Source: Octopus bimaculoides
Lineage: Eukaryota
Reading direction: 5' to 3'
DNA: 47,783 bases
Assembly: GCF_001194135.2 (NCBI RefSeq)
Contig: NC_068983.1
Coordinates: forward strand, 2,895,734 to 2,943,516
This document shows positions 12,290 to 25,634 of this stretch, piece after piece. Within the stretch, counting starts at the first letter, position 1. Every line of letters starts with the position of its first letter. Below the pieces are notes generated by a model. It searched no databases and was not told the origin of the DNA. It was given only the letters and a program-made list of their open reading frames with translations. A program made the translations under genes and the position numbers.

Positions 12290-12500
12290 TGTGCGTCTGT
12301 GTTTGTCCCACCCCCAACATCGCTTCACAACTGATGCTGGTGTGTTTATGTTCACGTAACTTAGCGGTTCGGCAAAAGAGACCGATAGAATAAGTACTAG
12401 GCTTACAAAGAATAAGTCCTGGAGTCGATTTGCTCGACTAAAAGTGGCGCTCCGGCATGGCCGGAGTCAAACGACTGAACCAAATAAGAGAATAAAAGAA
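12290..12500 (+). mobile_element. SINE family B 3' half (5' half in gap)
   Basis: CATCGCTTCACAACTGATGCTGGTGTGTTTA...GAGACCGATAGAATAAGTACTAGGCTTACAAAG. Confidence 0.85.
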
Positions 12501-12503
12501 TGG

Positions 12504-12571
<68 letters not shown>

Positions 12572-12697
12572 GGAGAGAGAAAGATGGATGATGGATGGAT
12601 GGATAGATACACAGACAGACAGACATACAGACAGACAGACAGACAGACAGAGAGGAAGGCGAGAGAGAGTTGTCCCTGTTAGAACTTGGAATATCTT

Positions 12698-12709
12698 CAA
12701 GATGGCGGC
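12698..12709 (+). promoter_or_regulatory. Perfect YY1/Pho consensus CAAGATGGCGGC
   Basis: Exact 12-mer match in AT-rich DNA, with a second partial AATGGCGG about 45 bp downstream. Function is not shown. Confidence 0.3.
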
Positions 12710-12854
12710 ACCGCAAGTTTGTTTCCTTTCAATGGTATTTTCATAATAATGGCGGTGTATAAATTAAAAGTGGGAATTGAAGGGTCCCTTATTTCAACAT
12801 AATCACAACTCCCTCTCCCGCCTTCTGTTCTATGTTGTATGCAGTACGAGTGTT

Positions 12855-12856
<2 letters not shown>

Positions 12857-12942
<86 letters not shown>
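12857..12942 (+). repeat. Long perfect (TG)n
   Basis: Uninterrupted TG run. Similar runs lie at 13955-14028 and 45774-45819. Confidence 0.95.
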
Positions 12943-12945
<3 letters not shown>

Positions 12946-13954
12946 CTTTGATGCTGTCTGAGTTTATGAATGTGTAAATGTGTGTGTATATGTGTATGTA
13001 TGTGTACAAGTTGCTGACTTTACATGTGTCTGTTTATATCTACGTTTCTATATCTGGATGACGGCTGCCTTTTTTTACGTTTCTATTTGTCGTTTTTTTA
13101 TTTAGTTTTTTTTTGTCTTTAAATAGATTTCTCAGTCTATTAGTTTCTGTATGGACTTGTGTGTCTACGTGTATAGCTGTGTATATATACATACATACAT
13201 ACATACACATACATATATATATANNNNNNNNNNNNNNNNNNNNNNNNNNNNNNNNNNNNNNNNNNNNNNNNNNNNNNNNNNNNNNNNNNNNNNNNNNNNN
13301 NNNNNNNNNNNNNNNNNNNNNNNNNNNNNNNNNNNNNNNNNNNNNNNNNNNNNNNNNNNNNNNNNNNNNNNNNNNNNNNNNNNNNNNNNNNNNNNNNNNN
13401 NNNNNNNNNNNNNNNNNNNNNNNNNNNNNNNNNNNNNNNNNNNNNNNNNNNNNNNNNNNNNNNNNNNNNNNNNNNNNNNNNNNNNNNNNNNNNNNNNNNN
13501 NNNNNNNNNNNNNNNNNNNNNNNNNNNNNNNNNNNNNNNNNNNNNNNNNNNNNNNNNNNNNNNNNNNNNNNNNNNNNNNNNNNNNNNNNNNNNNNNNNNN
13601 NNNNNNNNNNNNNNNNNNNNNNNNNNNNNNNNNNNNNNNNNNNNNNNNNNNNNNNNNNNNNNNNNNNNNNNNNNNNNNNNNNNNNNNNNNNNNNNNNNNN
13701 NNNNNNNNNNNNNNNNNNNNNNNNNNNNNNNNNNNNNNNNNNNNNNNNNNNNNNNNNNNNNNNNNNNNNNNNNNNNNNNNNNNNNNNNNNNNNNNNNNNN
13801 NNNNNNNNNNNNNNNNNNNNNNNNNNNNNNNNNNNNNNNNNNNNNNNNNNNNNNNNNNNNNNNNNNNNNNNNNNNNNNNNNNNNNNNNNNNNNNNNNNNN
13901 NNNNNNNNNNNNNNNNNNNNNNNNNNNNNNNNNNNNNNNNNNNNNNNNNNNNNN

Positions 13955-14031
<77 letters not shown>

Positions 14032-14181
14032 GATAGAGACAAGTCTGTTATAGGACTGTTTCCCACTTTCAAATCGAGTGGAACCTGTATCCTCCCAAAC
14101 GTCAGACTATTTCATTCTTCAGAATAACCAAACAAGTTGTCTTATATGCTTTGGCATTATTCCCAACGTTTGTATATTATA

Positions 14182-14397
14182 AGGCGGCGGCAAGCCGGCA
14201 GAGTCGTCGATAAACCGGGAAATGCTTAGCAACATTTCGTTCGTCTTTATGTTTTGAGTTCAAATTCCGCCGAGGTCGACTTCGCCTTTCATCTTTCCAG
14301 GGTCAGTAAAAGAAACATCTGTTGAGCACTAGGGTCGATGTAATCGGCTTGACCCCTCCCCCGAAATTGGTGACCTTGTGCCAACATATGAAACCTT
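14182..14397 (+). mobile_element. SINE family A (tRNA-like head plus GTCGACTTTGCCTTTCATCC central domain)
   Basis: Shares GAGTTCAAATTCCGCCGAGGTCGACTT.GCCTTTCATC with about 10 other copies in the window. Confidence 0.8.
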
Positions 14398-16739
14398 ATC
14401 ACCAACGTGATAGTGTTCCATTCTTAACCCATTGCCTGCCATCATCCCCATTGGGGATCTACTAAAAACAGTCTCTTTATTCGTCGTATTTAAAGTGAAT
14501 TGCTTATGTACCGCACATTGCATTTGCAGAGGCGTGTTTAACAATATTCAATAATTAAAGTTTGTCATTATTAGTTCTGGATAATTCTAGACGACATTTT
14601 ATGTCATAAATCGCAATTTTTGAACCACAAAAATATTGACCGTTTTGAAAACGTTTTTCTTTTTTTCTTTCCCATCTATTATATCATTCGTTGATATTTC
14701 ATACACATTTGCATTTGATACTATAGTTTCAAAAAAAATGTTTATTATTGCAATTGAATAGAAAAGGATAAATATGCTTGCTTTTCAGCGATCCCCATTT
14801 GGGACTTTTCGAAAAATTTATTATAATTTCCAAATTCACATATAAAAAAAATCTAAATATTTTATATTATTTTGACTCCTAAGACACCTGGAAAAGCCCA
14901 AAAATATGACCAAAAGAATTTGGCAGTTAATGAATTAAGAATCACTAATTCTAATGACATTTACAAATTGTTGCATATTTTACTGTCAGTATTACGAATA
15001 TTCTGTGGTTCAATTCTTCTACACAAAACGTTATATATATATATATATANNNNNNNNNNNNNNNNNNNNNNNNNNNNNNNNNNNNNNNNNNNNNNNNNNN
15101 NNNNNNNNNNNNNNNNNNNNNNNNNNNNNNNNNNNNNNNNNNNNNNNNNNNNNNNNNNNNNNNNNNNNNNNNNNNNNNNNNNNNNNNNNNNNNNNNNNNN
15201 NNNNNNNNNNNNNNNNNNNNNNNNNNNNNNNNNNNNNNNNNNNNNNNNNNNNNNNNNNNNNNNNNNNNNNNNNNNNNNNNNNNNNNNNNNNNNNNNNNNN
15301 NNNNNNNNNNNNNNNNNNNNNNNNNNNNNNNNNNNNNNNNNNNNNNNTCACTCTGGTTTTTGTTCTATGTGTGCCATAAATATCGCCATCCGTTTAGAGA
15401 AAAATTTGTAGTTTAGAATCAGTAGTTCTTTGACTGCTATTTCTAAATTTTCAGTATGTTGGAGAAGCAACTCAATGCTAATCCCTGTATATTTATGATT
15501 ATACATACATATATATATGTATACATATATATATACATATATATACATATATATATATATATGTATATACACATACATGCATGCATACATACATACATGC
15601 ATGCATGCACATACAGACACGCATATATCTATTTATATATATAATATATATATTTATAATATATTTATAAACGTTGACAAGAAGTTGAAGTGATCTAGCT
15701 AGGGCACCATATCGAATAATTCTCTTAATGAGGGACAGTAACTTGGTACTAATTAATTTATTTACATAGTTTCACTAATTTATATACCACTACCACCCAC
15801 ACACACACACATCTGTGTGTGTGTGTATGTGTATGTGTGTATGTCTGCTTCTATATATATCTCCTAATGTCCTTAATCTATCGATATGATGTAATGTGTC
15901 TCTATAAACCCGAGAGTATGTTTGCAATATAGTATGGCGTCGGTAGTTACAATAAATGTCAAACGAAATCAAAATGGATTTCGCTGACAAAATCGAACAT
16001 TGAAAAGATTATAAGAAGCGGGATGGATTTATTTTCCAGGATGCCGTCTGCAATAGGATGAAGCGCTTTAATAAACACAAAGAAAGAGAGAAATAAACAA
16101 GCGAATAAATAAATAAAATTATTTTGAGACTTAATTATAAAGCAAAAATATTGTTTAAAAGAAAGCTCACAGGTAGCTGTGATAAAAACGGGTTTAAACA
16201 AGAAAGTTCAACAGTGACATGTCACAGCAATTATGTTAATACATGTATAATTTATCTTTTATTTAAGTACTGTCTGCGATTTCTACTTTTTATACATATA
16301 TGCATGAGGATATATGTGTGTTTCTGTGCTGGTGCGTGGGTGTGTCTGAAATACATCTCATACACACACACATAAATACAGAAACACAAAAGCACAAAAT
16401 CACACACATGCATGAAAGAGAAATGAACAGCAGTGACCTTAGCATTTCGTCGCCAATGTTTCCTGTCTGAAGATAGCCATTGTCACGTACAGTTATGTCT
16501 ACAAAGGCTGTCCACGTGAATTGAGGTACAAACAATGGAATAACTTAGAATTTCAAGATCGAATGCAGCATTAATTAAGTAGAAGCGGAGGGAATATTCG
16601 AAGAAAATAGTCTGCTGATAGGAAGATTTCTAGAACTTTCATTTAATTTATTACACACCAACATATGTGTGTGGACGTGTGTGTGTGGTTGTGTGTAATG
16701 CGTGTGCGTATGTATGTATGTGTGTATGCATATTGTTTT

Positions 16740-16960
16740 TTTCTTTTTTACTTGTTTCAGTCATATGACTGCGGCCATGCTGGAGTACCGCCTTTAGTCG
16801 AACGATTCGACCCCATGACTTATTCATTGTAAGCCTAGTACTTATTCTATCGGTCTCTTTTGCCAAACCGCTAGAATACGAGGATGTAAACACACCAACA
16901 TCAGTTGTCAAGTGATGGTGGTGGGACAAACAGACACACCAATATATATACAACGGGCTT
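16740..16960 (-). mobile_element. SINE family B 3' half
   Basis: TACTTGTTTCAGTCATATGACTGCGGCCATGCTGGAG...CTAGTACTTATTCTATCGGTCTC. Confidence 0.85.
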
Positions 16961-18155
16961 CGGATCTATTCCATCTCAATCACAGATTTTTTAATTACTT
17001 TCTTTTTTAACTAAACAGTTTGAAACTTCGAATACTGGTAGAATTTCTCGTGTAGAACACGGTTTATTCTGAACGGTTTTGACAAAATTTAGTATTTTAG
17101 AAGTTATTTCATGTTAAAGTTGTCGTATTTGGGTAATTTCAACCAATCAACGACGTGTATTCAGTTGAAGAAAGCTATTGTTGTTTGCCAGAGGAATCGA
17201 AGAGGAACAACTTCCGGGTCATCTCTACTAAATGTCATCACTCTGTTCGAAGAACCGCAGCTAGTTTTTTTGTTGTTGACGTATATGTAGTTTCAAAATG
17301 TCTTATTTTACAACTATGAGATGAATTGTTATTGTTATGATTTTATCTTACTATAAATCAACAACAAATATATTTCGTCAATATAAAAGTCTTTATTAGA
17401 TAAAAAAAAATAACATTATCAAAACATGAAGGTAAAACAAAACAAATAGCAGCTTATACACCGGAAAATACGGTAATTGTAGTGGCAGTGACAGGTTCGC
17501 TCGCTGGTTGCTATTTGATAGTGTAGAAAGGAGGGAAAGAGTAAGAATGCACGGGGCTGACTAGAAAGGAAGAAAGATAAAGGTGGTTCATTTATTAGAC
17601 ATTTTGGTGACTGGGTCAACAAACAAGATGAGGACAAATATCCGTCAAATGTAAATAATGTAAATAATGTACATAACTCCTCATCTCTTAAATTTAGAAC
17701 TGTAAACGAGTTAAATACGTAAACAAGGAGAGGAAAAAATAGGAAACAGGACAAGTAAACACAAAGGAATTACCCTTCATCAGTCGTCGGTTGTCTATCT
17801 ACTCCTCATTTCGAGCATTCAATGACAATAGGAGTCTTCAAGGACAGTTACTCCTATAAATTCTAAAATAACATTTAGGATTTGTTGGTCAAAGTTGGGA
17901 ACAAAAACAGGACAGTGGAGACATACAAGGAAACTGNNNNNNNNNNATATATATATATATATGTTCGCTGGGCTGAGGTATTTATGCAATACCTGATGTG
18001 CAATAGCACCGCGCAAGCAAAACAAAATTCAATTTTGAATTAGAAGCGGCGCTAATGACGTGGACATCACTTATGCCACATGTTTGATGCATTGGCCTCA
18101 GGATTCGTCATAGACACGGGTGCTTCGTTGAAAAGTTCCTTTTCAAAATCATACG

Positions 18156-18400
18156 CTCCTGGATTTAATCTCAATGTGTGGCATCTTGGGCAAGTTTTTT
18201 CTTTAACATAGTTTTGGGTCGATCTAAGTCTTGTGTAATTGGGAAGATGGAAACGGTGTCAAGTGGATCGAACCTGGAATCCAAAGCCTGTCTTCTCGCA
18301 TTTTGTCGTGATGATTCGAGCAGAGAATTACGTTGAGGCATTAAAGGTATGAATGTCTGTGGACTACTCAGCCACTTACACCTTAATTGAACGAATCAAT
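18156..18400 (+). mobile_element. Diverged SINE with family-B-like head/CORE and an alternative 3' body
   Basis: GTGGCATCTTGGGCAAGT (CORE-like) is followed by GAGAATTACGTTGAGG...TGTCTGTGGACTACTCAGCCACTTACAC, whose reverse complement recurs at about 19575-19640. Confidence 0.5.
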
Positions 18401-19124
18401 GTTGTTCTAGAAACTTTGATAACCGACATACTTTAAAGGGAATAGTAATTGTTTCTAGAACGTTAGTAATTACTGGTATTTCTCCAAGATTAAAGAAATA
18501 TTTTAAGACAATGATAATAGTTGCTATGGCAATTGTAACTGTTGGCTACCAAGCGCTGATATGGCAACTGCAGCTGCTAACTACCAAGTGTTGCTACGAC
18601 AACTATAACTATTGTCTACGTAATGTTACTGTGGCAACATCCGCTGCCGTCCATTGTTGCACTGGCTCTACTGCCCTACTTCCAGCGTTTGTCACAAAAT
18701 CTCTGTCGATTGCGCAAGGCTAAAATACTTTAAACGCAAACAATTTTGCAGTGAATTCAAAATATAATTACACTTTTTTCAAGTCTAATTACTTTACCAA
18801 AATCTCGATTATAATTAGTTAAAAATATTTTAAAACCATTTTGATTATGATTAATTTAATTAAATGTTAAATTATTAACAGGAATTATAAACCTGATTGA
18901 GTTGTGGCCGTTTTCGTCAAATTTTAATATTTAGTAACAATCTTAAATACGAATCAGTAAGGTAGCCTCAACATGACAGCTTGATCTGCTAGAAATAGCA
19001 GCCAAGTCTCCCTCATATCACACTCTTTTGTTTAAATTAAAGGTAGGATACACTAGACAACAATAGGATACCTTTCTCGATATACAAAAAATTAGAGGGT
19101 AAAAATGTAAAAGAGTAAAGGTAA

Positions 19125-19180
19125 AGAGTAAATACCGCCAAGCATTTCGCCCGGCGCTCTAACAACTCTGCCAGCTCGCC
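19125..19180 (-). mobile_element. SINE family A 5' fragment
   Basis: Plus strand AAATACCGCCAAGCATTTCGCCCGGCGC...TCTGCCAGCTC is the reverse complement of the family head. Confidence 0.7.
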
Positions 19181-19514
19181 GCCATTTTGATCATGGAGAT
19201 ATTATCATTCGAAGTTCTTTTGCAGTTGACGTCATAGTTGCGGAGCGGAACATGGAATGTGATTAGAAACGAAAGCAGGGCTGTGGTCGGATCATATCAA
19301 ACTCATCTTATGATAAAGTCAAATATCGGAACTCTTTTGTTAGAATATTGAAGAATACATAATTAATTAAGTGTCAGGGAAACATGAATGAGGTTGTTGT
19401 TACCGTAACCTTGCATCCATGAATGAACTTATTAGATTAATTATTACATTGAAGAGTCTTACGATCAAAGATGTTCCAGTCGAGACGATCCTGTTTTTTT
19501 TTTCTTTTTGAGAC

Positions 19515-19645
19515 ATAAACGTAACAAGGATTAACTGGAACTCCGTCGGTTACGATGACGAGGTTTCCAGTTGATGCGAAATTAACGTGCAGGTGGCTGA
19601 GTGCTCCACAGACACGCATACCCTTAACGTAGTTCTCAGGAATAC
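19515..19645 (-). mobile_element. Fragment of the alternative SINE 3' body
   Basis: AATTAACGTGCAGGTGGCTGAGTGCTCCACAGACACGCATACCCTTAACGTAGTTCTC is the reverse complement of 18310-18390. Confidence 0.55.
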
Positions 19646-19814
19646 TCAGCGTGATTATAATCTCAGACACATACTTCAAATCAAGTGAACGGACCCAGTC
19701 ACCAACAATGAGATTATGCCCAACCTCTTCATCCTCTACTCCTCTGGTGACTGGGTCACGTGTACCGTATATTATGTCCGGTAAGACCCACTATACAATG
19801 TTACGTAAACGTAA

Positions 19815-19963
19815 TGCGGTGAGCTGGCAGAAACGTTAGCACACCGGGCGAAATGCTTACCGGTATTTTGTCTGCCGTTACGTCTTGAGTTCAAATTCCG
19901 CCGAGGTCGACTTTACCTTTCATCCTTTCGGGGTCGATTAAATAAGTACCAGTTATGCACTGG
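19815..19963 (+). mobile_element. SINE family A, running into (TA)n and a gap
   Basis: GAGCTGGCAGAAACGTTAGCACACCGGGCGAAATGCTT...GTCGATTAAATAAGTACCAGT. Confidence 0.85.
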
Positions 19964-21099
19964 GTATATATATATATATATATATATNNNNNNNNNNNNN
20001 NNNNNNNNNNNNNNNNNNNNNNNNNNNNNNNNNNNNNNNNNNNNNNNNNNNNNNNNNNNNNNNNNNNNNNNNNNNNNNNNNNNNNNNNNNNNNNNNNNNN
20101 NNNNNNNNNNNNNNNNNNNNNNNNNNNNNNNNNNNNNNNNNNNNNNNNNNNNNNNNNNNNNNNNNNNNNNNNNNNNNNNNNNNNNNNNNNNNNNNNNNNN
20201 NNNNNNNNNNNNNNNNNNNNNNNNNNNNNNNNNNNNNNNNNNNNNNNNNNNNNNNNNNNNNNNNNNNNNNNNNNNNNNNNNNNNNNNNNNNNNNNNNNNN
20301 NNNNNNNNNNNNNNNNNNNNNNNNNNNNNNNNNNNNNNNNNNNNNNNNNNNNNNNNNNNNNNNNNNNNNNNNNNNNNNNNNNNNNNNNNNNNNNNNNNNN
20401 NNNNNNNNNNNNNNNNNNNNNNNNNNNNNNNNNNNNNNNNNNNNNNNNNNNNNNNNNNNATACATATATACATACATATATATATGTGTGTATGTATATA
20501 TAAGTATATATATGTATATATATATATATACATACATACATATATATACATATACATATACATATATATATATATATGTACATACATACATACATACATA
20601 TAAACATACATATATATATATGTAAGTGCATATTATGTACATATGTTTGTATGTTTATATATACATAGGTTTGCATGTTTGACCATCTGTGTATATTTTT
20701 GGGTGTATGTGTGCGTGTATGTGTGTGTGCTGACGTGTGTGTTTACGTGTGTATGTGTGTGTGCATGTTTCTGTGACAGTATTAATGTGTTTTCAGCAAA
20801 CTCCACTCAGATGTTGCCGCCTCCAGAAGTCTGTTGAAGCTGTCAGAAGAATATTGTCAACAAGGTCCCAGTTTACCAAACAGCAGGAAGTTCTTTAAAT
20901 AAACACCATCAACATCTCCAGCCTGTTGAGGTACCATGGCGTTCACGAAGAAGAGTACCCCACTCCAGTTACGCACCTCTACACACAACAAGCTTTTTAT
21001 CTCTCCAATTAATCAAGGGAATTAATGAGGCAATATCACGGGTTCTTTAATTAGAATCTTGTGATTAACAACGGGTTGCATAATAATTCAACTTTCATC

Positions 21100-21730
21100 T
21101 TTTGCTTGTTTGTTTGAGTCATTGGATTGCGGCCATGATGGGACAGTACTTATATTTAAGCCTTGTACTTATTCTATCGNNNNNNNNNNNNNNNNNNNNN
21201 NNNNNNNNNNNNNNNNNNNNNNNNNNNNNNNNNNNNNNNNNNNNNNNNNNNNNNNNNNNNNNNNNNNNNNNNNNNNNNNNNNNNNNNNNNNNNNNNNNNN
21301 NNNNNNNNNNNNNNNNNNNNNNNNNNNNNNNNNNNNNNNNNNNNNNNNNNNNNNNNNNNNNNNNNNNNNNNNNNNNNNNNNNNNNNNNNNNNNNNNNNNN
21401 NNNNNNNNNNNNNNNNNNNNNNNNNNNNNNNNNNNNNNNNNNNNNNNNNNNNNNNNNNNNNNNNNNNNNNNNNNNNNNNNNNNNNNNNNNNNNNNNNNNN
21501 NNNNNNNNNNNNNNNNNNNNNNNNNNNNNNNNNNNNNNNNNNNNNNNNNNNNNNNNNNNNNNNNNNNNNNNNNATATATATATATATATAAATATATATA
21601 TATATGGCAGGCTTCTTTCAGTTTCCATCTATCAAATCTACTCACGGTGTTTTGGTCAGCCCGTGGCTATAGCAGAAGACACTTGCCCAAGGTGCCACGA
21701 TGTAGAACTGAACCCTAAACCATGTGATAA
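21100..21730 (-). mobile_element. SINE family B spanning a gap
   Basis: The tail lies before the gap. The head/CORE part (GGCTTCTTTCAGTTTCC...ACACTTGCCCAAGGTGCCACG) lies after it. Confidence 0.75.
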
Positions 21731-22696
21731 TACGATGAGTCTTAAATAATTATTAATTTTAACTACTACGATTAGTCTTAAATATCAAGATTAGTCTTAA
21801 TATTAGAAAGTTGTGTATTTAGAATTATCGTAATTTTTAACTGTCGTTGTCATAATTAATTATGCCTACACAGCTCTGTGATTAATTAATTATGGCTGTA
21901 CAGGTCTGTGAGTAATTAATCTTGCAGTCAACGCCTTTCTTATACATCGTGACATGAATCAGAATTAAGAATTTCTGATTTGCTACAAGGTCACATTTCG
22001 GGGCCAGGGATAAATACCCACATAAACACGCCCTCTGCTTAACGAGTATCAATTTTTCTCGACCATACGTAGTTGCATGATCTGCTGGAAATAACAGCTA
22101 AATATTCCTCAAATCGAACTCTACTGTTTAGAAAAGACCAAATAACATCTGTCCCCGTTTATCTCGGGGATTTGGTTAAAAGAAAAAAAGAAAGACGCAG
22201 TGATAAATGAAACACCTCCATGCACTTTGTAAATAGAACAAATAATAGATTCATTTACATCAAGCTCGTGGCCTAGAGCAGTGAAGCTTCCACTGTCACG
22301 TAATTTCTTGTTCTTGTCTTCTATTTCCTGTACTGAATACACTCATCTGTGTTGTTTGTTAGGACCAGACGCTTTCATATCTTTTCTGTTTACTATTCCC
22401 ATGTCGATGGCTATGAATGTAAAAGAAACACGCCGCCTCGCAACACGGTGATGTAAACACAAGAGAAACACAGTGCACTCTTGGTAGCTGAGCATTGTAG
22501 GTGATCGAAGCGGCGTGTTTTTGTGGTGCAAACAGAACCTTCACTTGATCGCCGATCCGCGTGAGCACAAACCAGTCCATGATAAATGTAACATGGTTCA
22601 CAATTGAACGAACCGTGTTATTCTGGATCAGTGATGAATGAATCTGTAAGAAACAAGGCTATACGCATCGTTTTGTGTAATACAGTCCCAGTTATA

Positions 22697-23596
22697 CGAG
22701 ATGCATTCAAAAAGTATCCGACTTTATTTTTTTTTCGCTAAAGTTATTGCTGCGTAAGCAAAATCCTTTAGGTGGGAGGTGATGCTACCTTTGTTGCGCA
22801 TGCGTGGAAATTTTCGCGCCGGTACGCAGCGTAAGATCCCGGCTGCTACGCTTAGAGTACGGACGTGTATTGCGCGCTTGCTGCATTTTCATTTTCACCG
22901 AACGCACCGAGCAGAGATATTGCACCAAGCGTTACCAAAAGCTCGGTGATACTCAAGCTCAAACCGTCCAGAAGATTCAGTAGGCGTTTGGCGATGATGT
23001 CATGGACGAAACTCAGATCAAGGAGTGGTACAACCGCTTCAAACACGACCGCACTTTAATAGAGAGCAAGGCAAGCTCAAAGAAGACATCCAGAAGCCGA
23101 AATCGAAGAGCAGGTTGAGAAGGTTCTGTGAATAGTCATGGAAGATCGTCATGTAACAAACCAGGATATTACTCACGAAGTGGGAACAAGCACGGCATCA
23201 ATAAACTCCGTTTTAACGGAGGGTTTGTGCATGTAGAGAGTGTCGGCGAAATCCGTCCCCCGAAGTGCTGGCGAACCAGCAGAACAAAGTCCGCAACGAA
23301 ATCGCTCAGGACATGCTGGACTGTGCAAACCAAGACCATCATCACTGGTGATGAGACATGAGTTTATGGTCACTACTCTGTGTGCCCCATCATCTTACGT
23401 GAAAACGAAAATCCGATGAACGCACACCACACGTCTGTACTCTAGGCGTAACGGCAGGGAACTGATGCGGTCTACCGGCGTGAAATTGTTCATGCTTACG
23501 CAGGAAGGGTGATATCACCTCACAAGGATCTTGCTCACGTGGCATAAGTTTTGGTTGCGAAAAAAATTAAGTCGGGTACCTTTTGAACGTACCTCG
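22697..23596 (+). mobile_element. Internally deleted mariner transposon with both TIRs and TA target-site duplication
   Basis: The left end is TA|CGAGATGCATTCAAAAAGTATCCGACTT. The right end reverse-complements to TA|CGAGGTACGTTCAAAAAGGTACCCGACTT. Total length is 900 bp. Confidence 0.9.
22897..23373 (+). pseudogene. Mariner transposase remnant (N-terminal HTH to first catalytic Asp)
   Basis: Reads TERTEQRYCTKRYQKLGDTQAQTVQKIQ*AFGDDVMDETQIKEWYNRFKH and later IITGDET*VYG. It has in-frame stops and frameshifts, and the rest of the DDD domain is deleted. Confidence 0.85.
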
Positions 23597-24133
23597 TATA
23601 TTGATTTTCATTATGTTTTCGTTATCGATATGTGAACTTTTGTTTGTATCATAGATAGCTCCTTCGGGGCTAACCTAGACCCAGTGACAACAATGTCGTT
23701 GAACCTAGGAAGAATGTAAGGTGAATTCTAACTTGGCAGAATTTGAAAACTTGAATCTAAATTCATGCAAATAATTATGAAATTTTGTCCTGCAGTACCC
23801 CACACACTCCACTAACCCCTAGACTGCGTAAAATGTAATTAAACAGTCCATTGACAGTATTACTATCCTAGACTGTTACCTGTCATATGATGGGTAACTC
23901 TGCTTTTGTAATTTTAAGAGTATGCCAGGATATAGGGCAATACATACCATAATTATATTTTACCTTTAATTAAGTTTGCTGGTGCTAATACAAAATGAAA
24001 AAAAATACTAAGTTTGTAAAGAAATATATCACAAGGCCAGCAATTTCGAGAGGAAGGGGTAAGCTGTTTACACTGTACTGGTACTTTTTTTATCGCCTAT
24101 ACACCGGTTAATATCATTTAAAGATATAAGACA

Positions 24134-24292
24134 ACGAGCTGGCAGAATTGTTAGCACGCCGGACAAAATGCTTAGCTGCATTTAATCCGTTCTTACGTTC
24201 TGAGTTCAAATTCCGCTGAGGTCTTCTTTGTCTTAAAATCATTTCGGAGTCGATAAAATAAAGTACCGGCTGAACATTGGTGATCGAAGTAA
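24134..24292 (+). mobile_element. SINE family A, running into a gap
   Basis: GAGCTGGCAGAATTGTTAGCACGCCGG...GAGTTCAAATTCCGCTGAGGTC. Confidence 0.8.
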
Positions 24293-24777
24293 NNNNNNNN
24301 NNNNNNNNNNNNNNNNNNNNNNNNNNNNNNNNNNNNNNNNNNNNNNNNNNNNNNNNNNNNNNNNNNNNNNNNNNNNNNNNNNNNNNNNNNNNNNNNNNNN
24401 NNNNNNNNNNNNNNNNNNNNNNNNNNNNNNNNNNNNNNNNNNNNNNNNNNNNNNNNNNNNNNNNNNNNNNNNNNNNNNNNNNNNNNNNNNNNNNNNNNNN
24501 NNNNNNNNNNNNNNNNNNNNNNNNNNNNNNNNNNNNNNNNNNNNNNNNNNNNNNNNNNNNNNNNNNNNNNNNNNNNNNNNNNNNNNNNNNNNNNNNNNNN
24601 NNNNNNNNNNNNNNNNNNNNNNNNNNNNNNNNNNNNNNNNNNNNNNNNNNNNNNNNNNNNNNNNNNNNNNNNNNNNNNNNNNNNNNNNNNNNNNNNNNNN
24701 NNNNNNNNNNNNNNNNNNNNNNNNNNNNNNNNNNNNNNNNNNNNNNNNNNNNNNNNNNNNNNNNNNNNNNNNNNNNN

Positions 24778-24866
<89 letters not shown>

Positions 24867-25018
24867 ATACACATACACGCAAACACACACACATACTCAC
24901 ACATATATTAATGTATAACGGGCGAGAAAGGGAGAGAGAGAAAGAGAGAGAGAAAAAAATGAATAAATGAAGATTGATAGAGAGAGAGAGACAGACGGGC
25001 AGATAGATAGATAGATAA

Positions 25019-25049
<31 letters not shown>

Positions 25050-25634
25050 GAGTGAGATAAAGAGATGAGATGACCGATAATTGTATTCAACGTGTGATGT
25101 TTAGTGATGTGTATGAAAGAGTTTTCTGTTCGACTTCCTTCGAATGTCTGTCTAGTCAATTGTATAACAGTATCTGTCAGGTGTTTTAATTATAGACAGA
25201 CACCTGTCAGGCGTTCAATCTATTTAAGGGGTGGAACACACAACTAAAGATCGCACATAACTCAATACAGAAGCGGGATGAAACACTTCCGATGTTGTGC
25301 ACTGGAAGTATTCAACGGGAATTTTACCTTAAATAAATACATTTCCAGCTAAAACGAAGTCGTTCGTTCTTGCTCTCGATATAATTTAAAACGCTGGGTG
25401 TACACACACGCACACACACACACACACACAATGATAAAAACATTTTTACATTAATCTGTTGGGCTACTCTATAGTTTTGTAGAGTAGAAATTTATTATTC
25501 TTAAACAAGGTGATTGTTGATAGTGACTTCAAAGATCAGGCCAGTTAAGCCATCGTCGGATAATGCCTTAATAATATATCTACCTGGATACCTAATCCAT
25601 TTTCTTTTATACGACACATGGGCGCGCGCGCACG

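Noticed and set aside
17762-17790. Minus-strand CTGATGA-AGGG-TAATT-CCTT half hammerhead
   Set aside because: No GAAA, stem III or stem I follows, so it is counted only as a possible remnant.
18511-18723. 70-aa hydrophobic ORF
   Set aside because: It derives from a decayed trinucleotide-like low-complexity tract and has no domain resemblance.
19228-19235. CRE palindromes TGACGTCA (also about 7397 and 25823)
   Set aside because: These 8-mers are expected by chance, and two of them lie within repeats.
22360-22640. Possible exon after TTGTTTGTTAG
   Set aside because: All frames close quickly and no recognisable protein is encoded.
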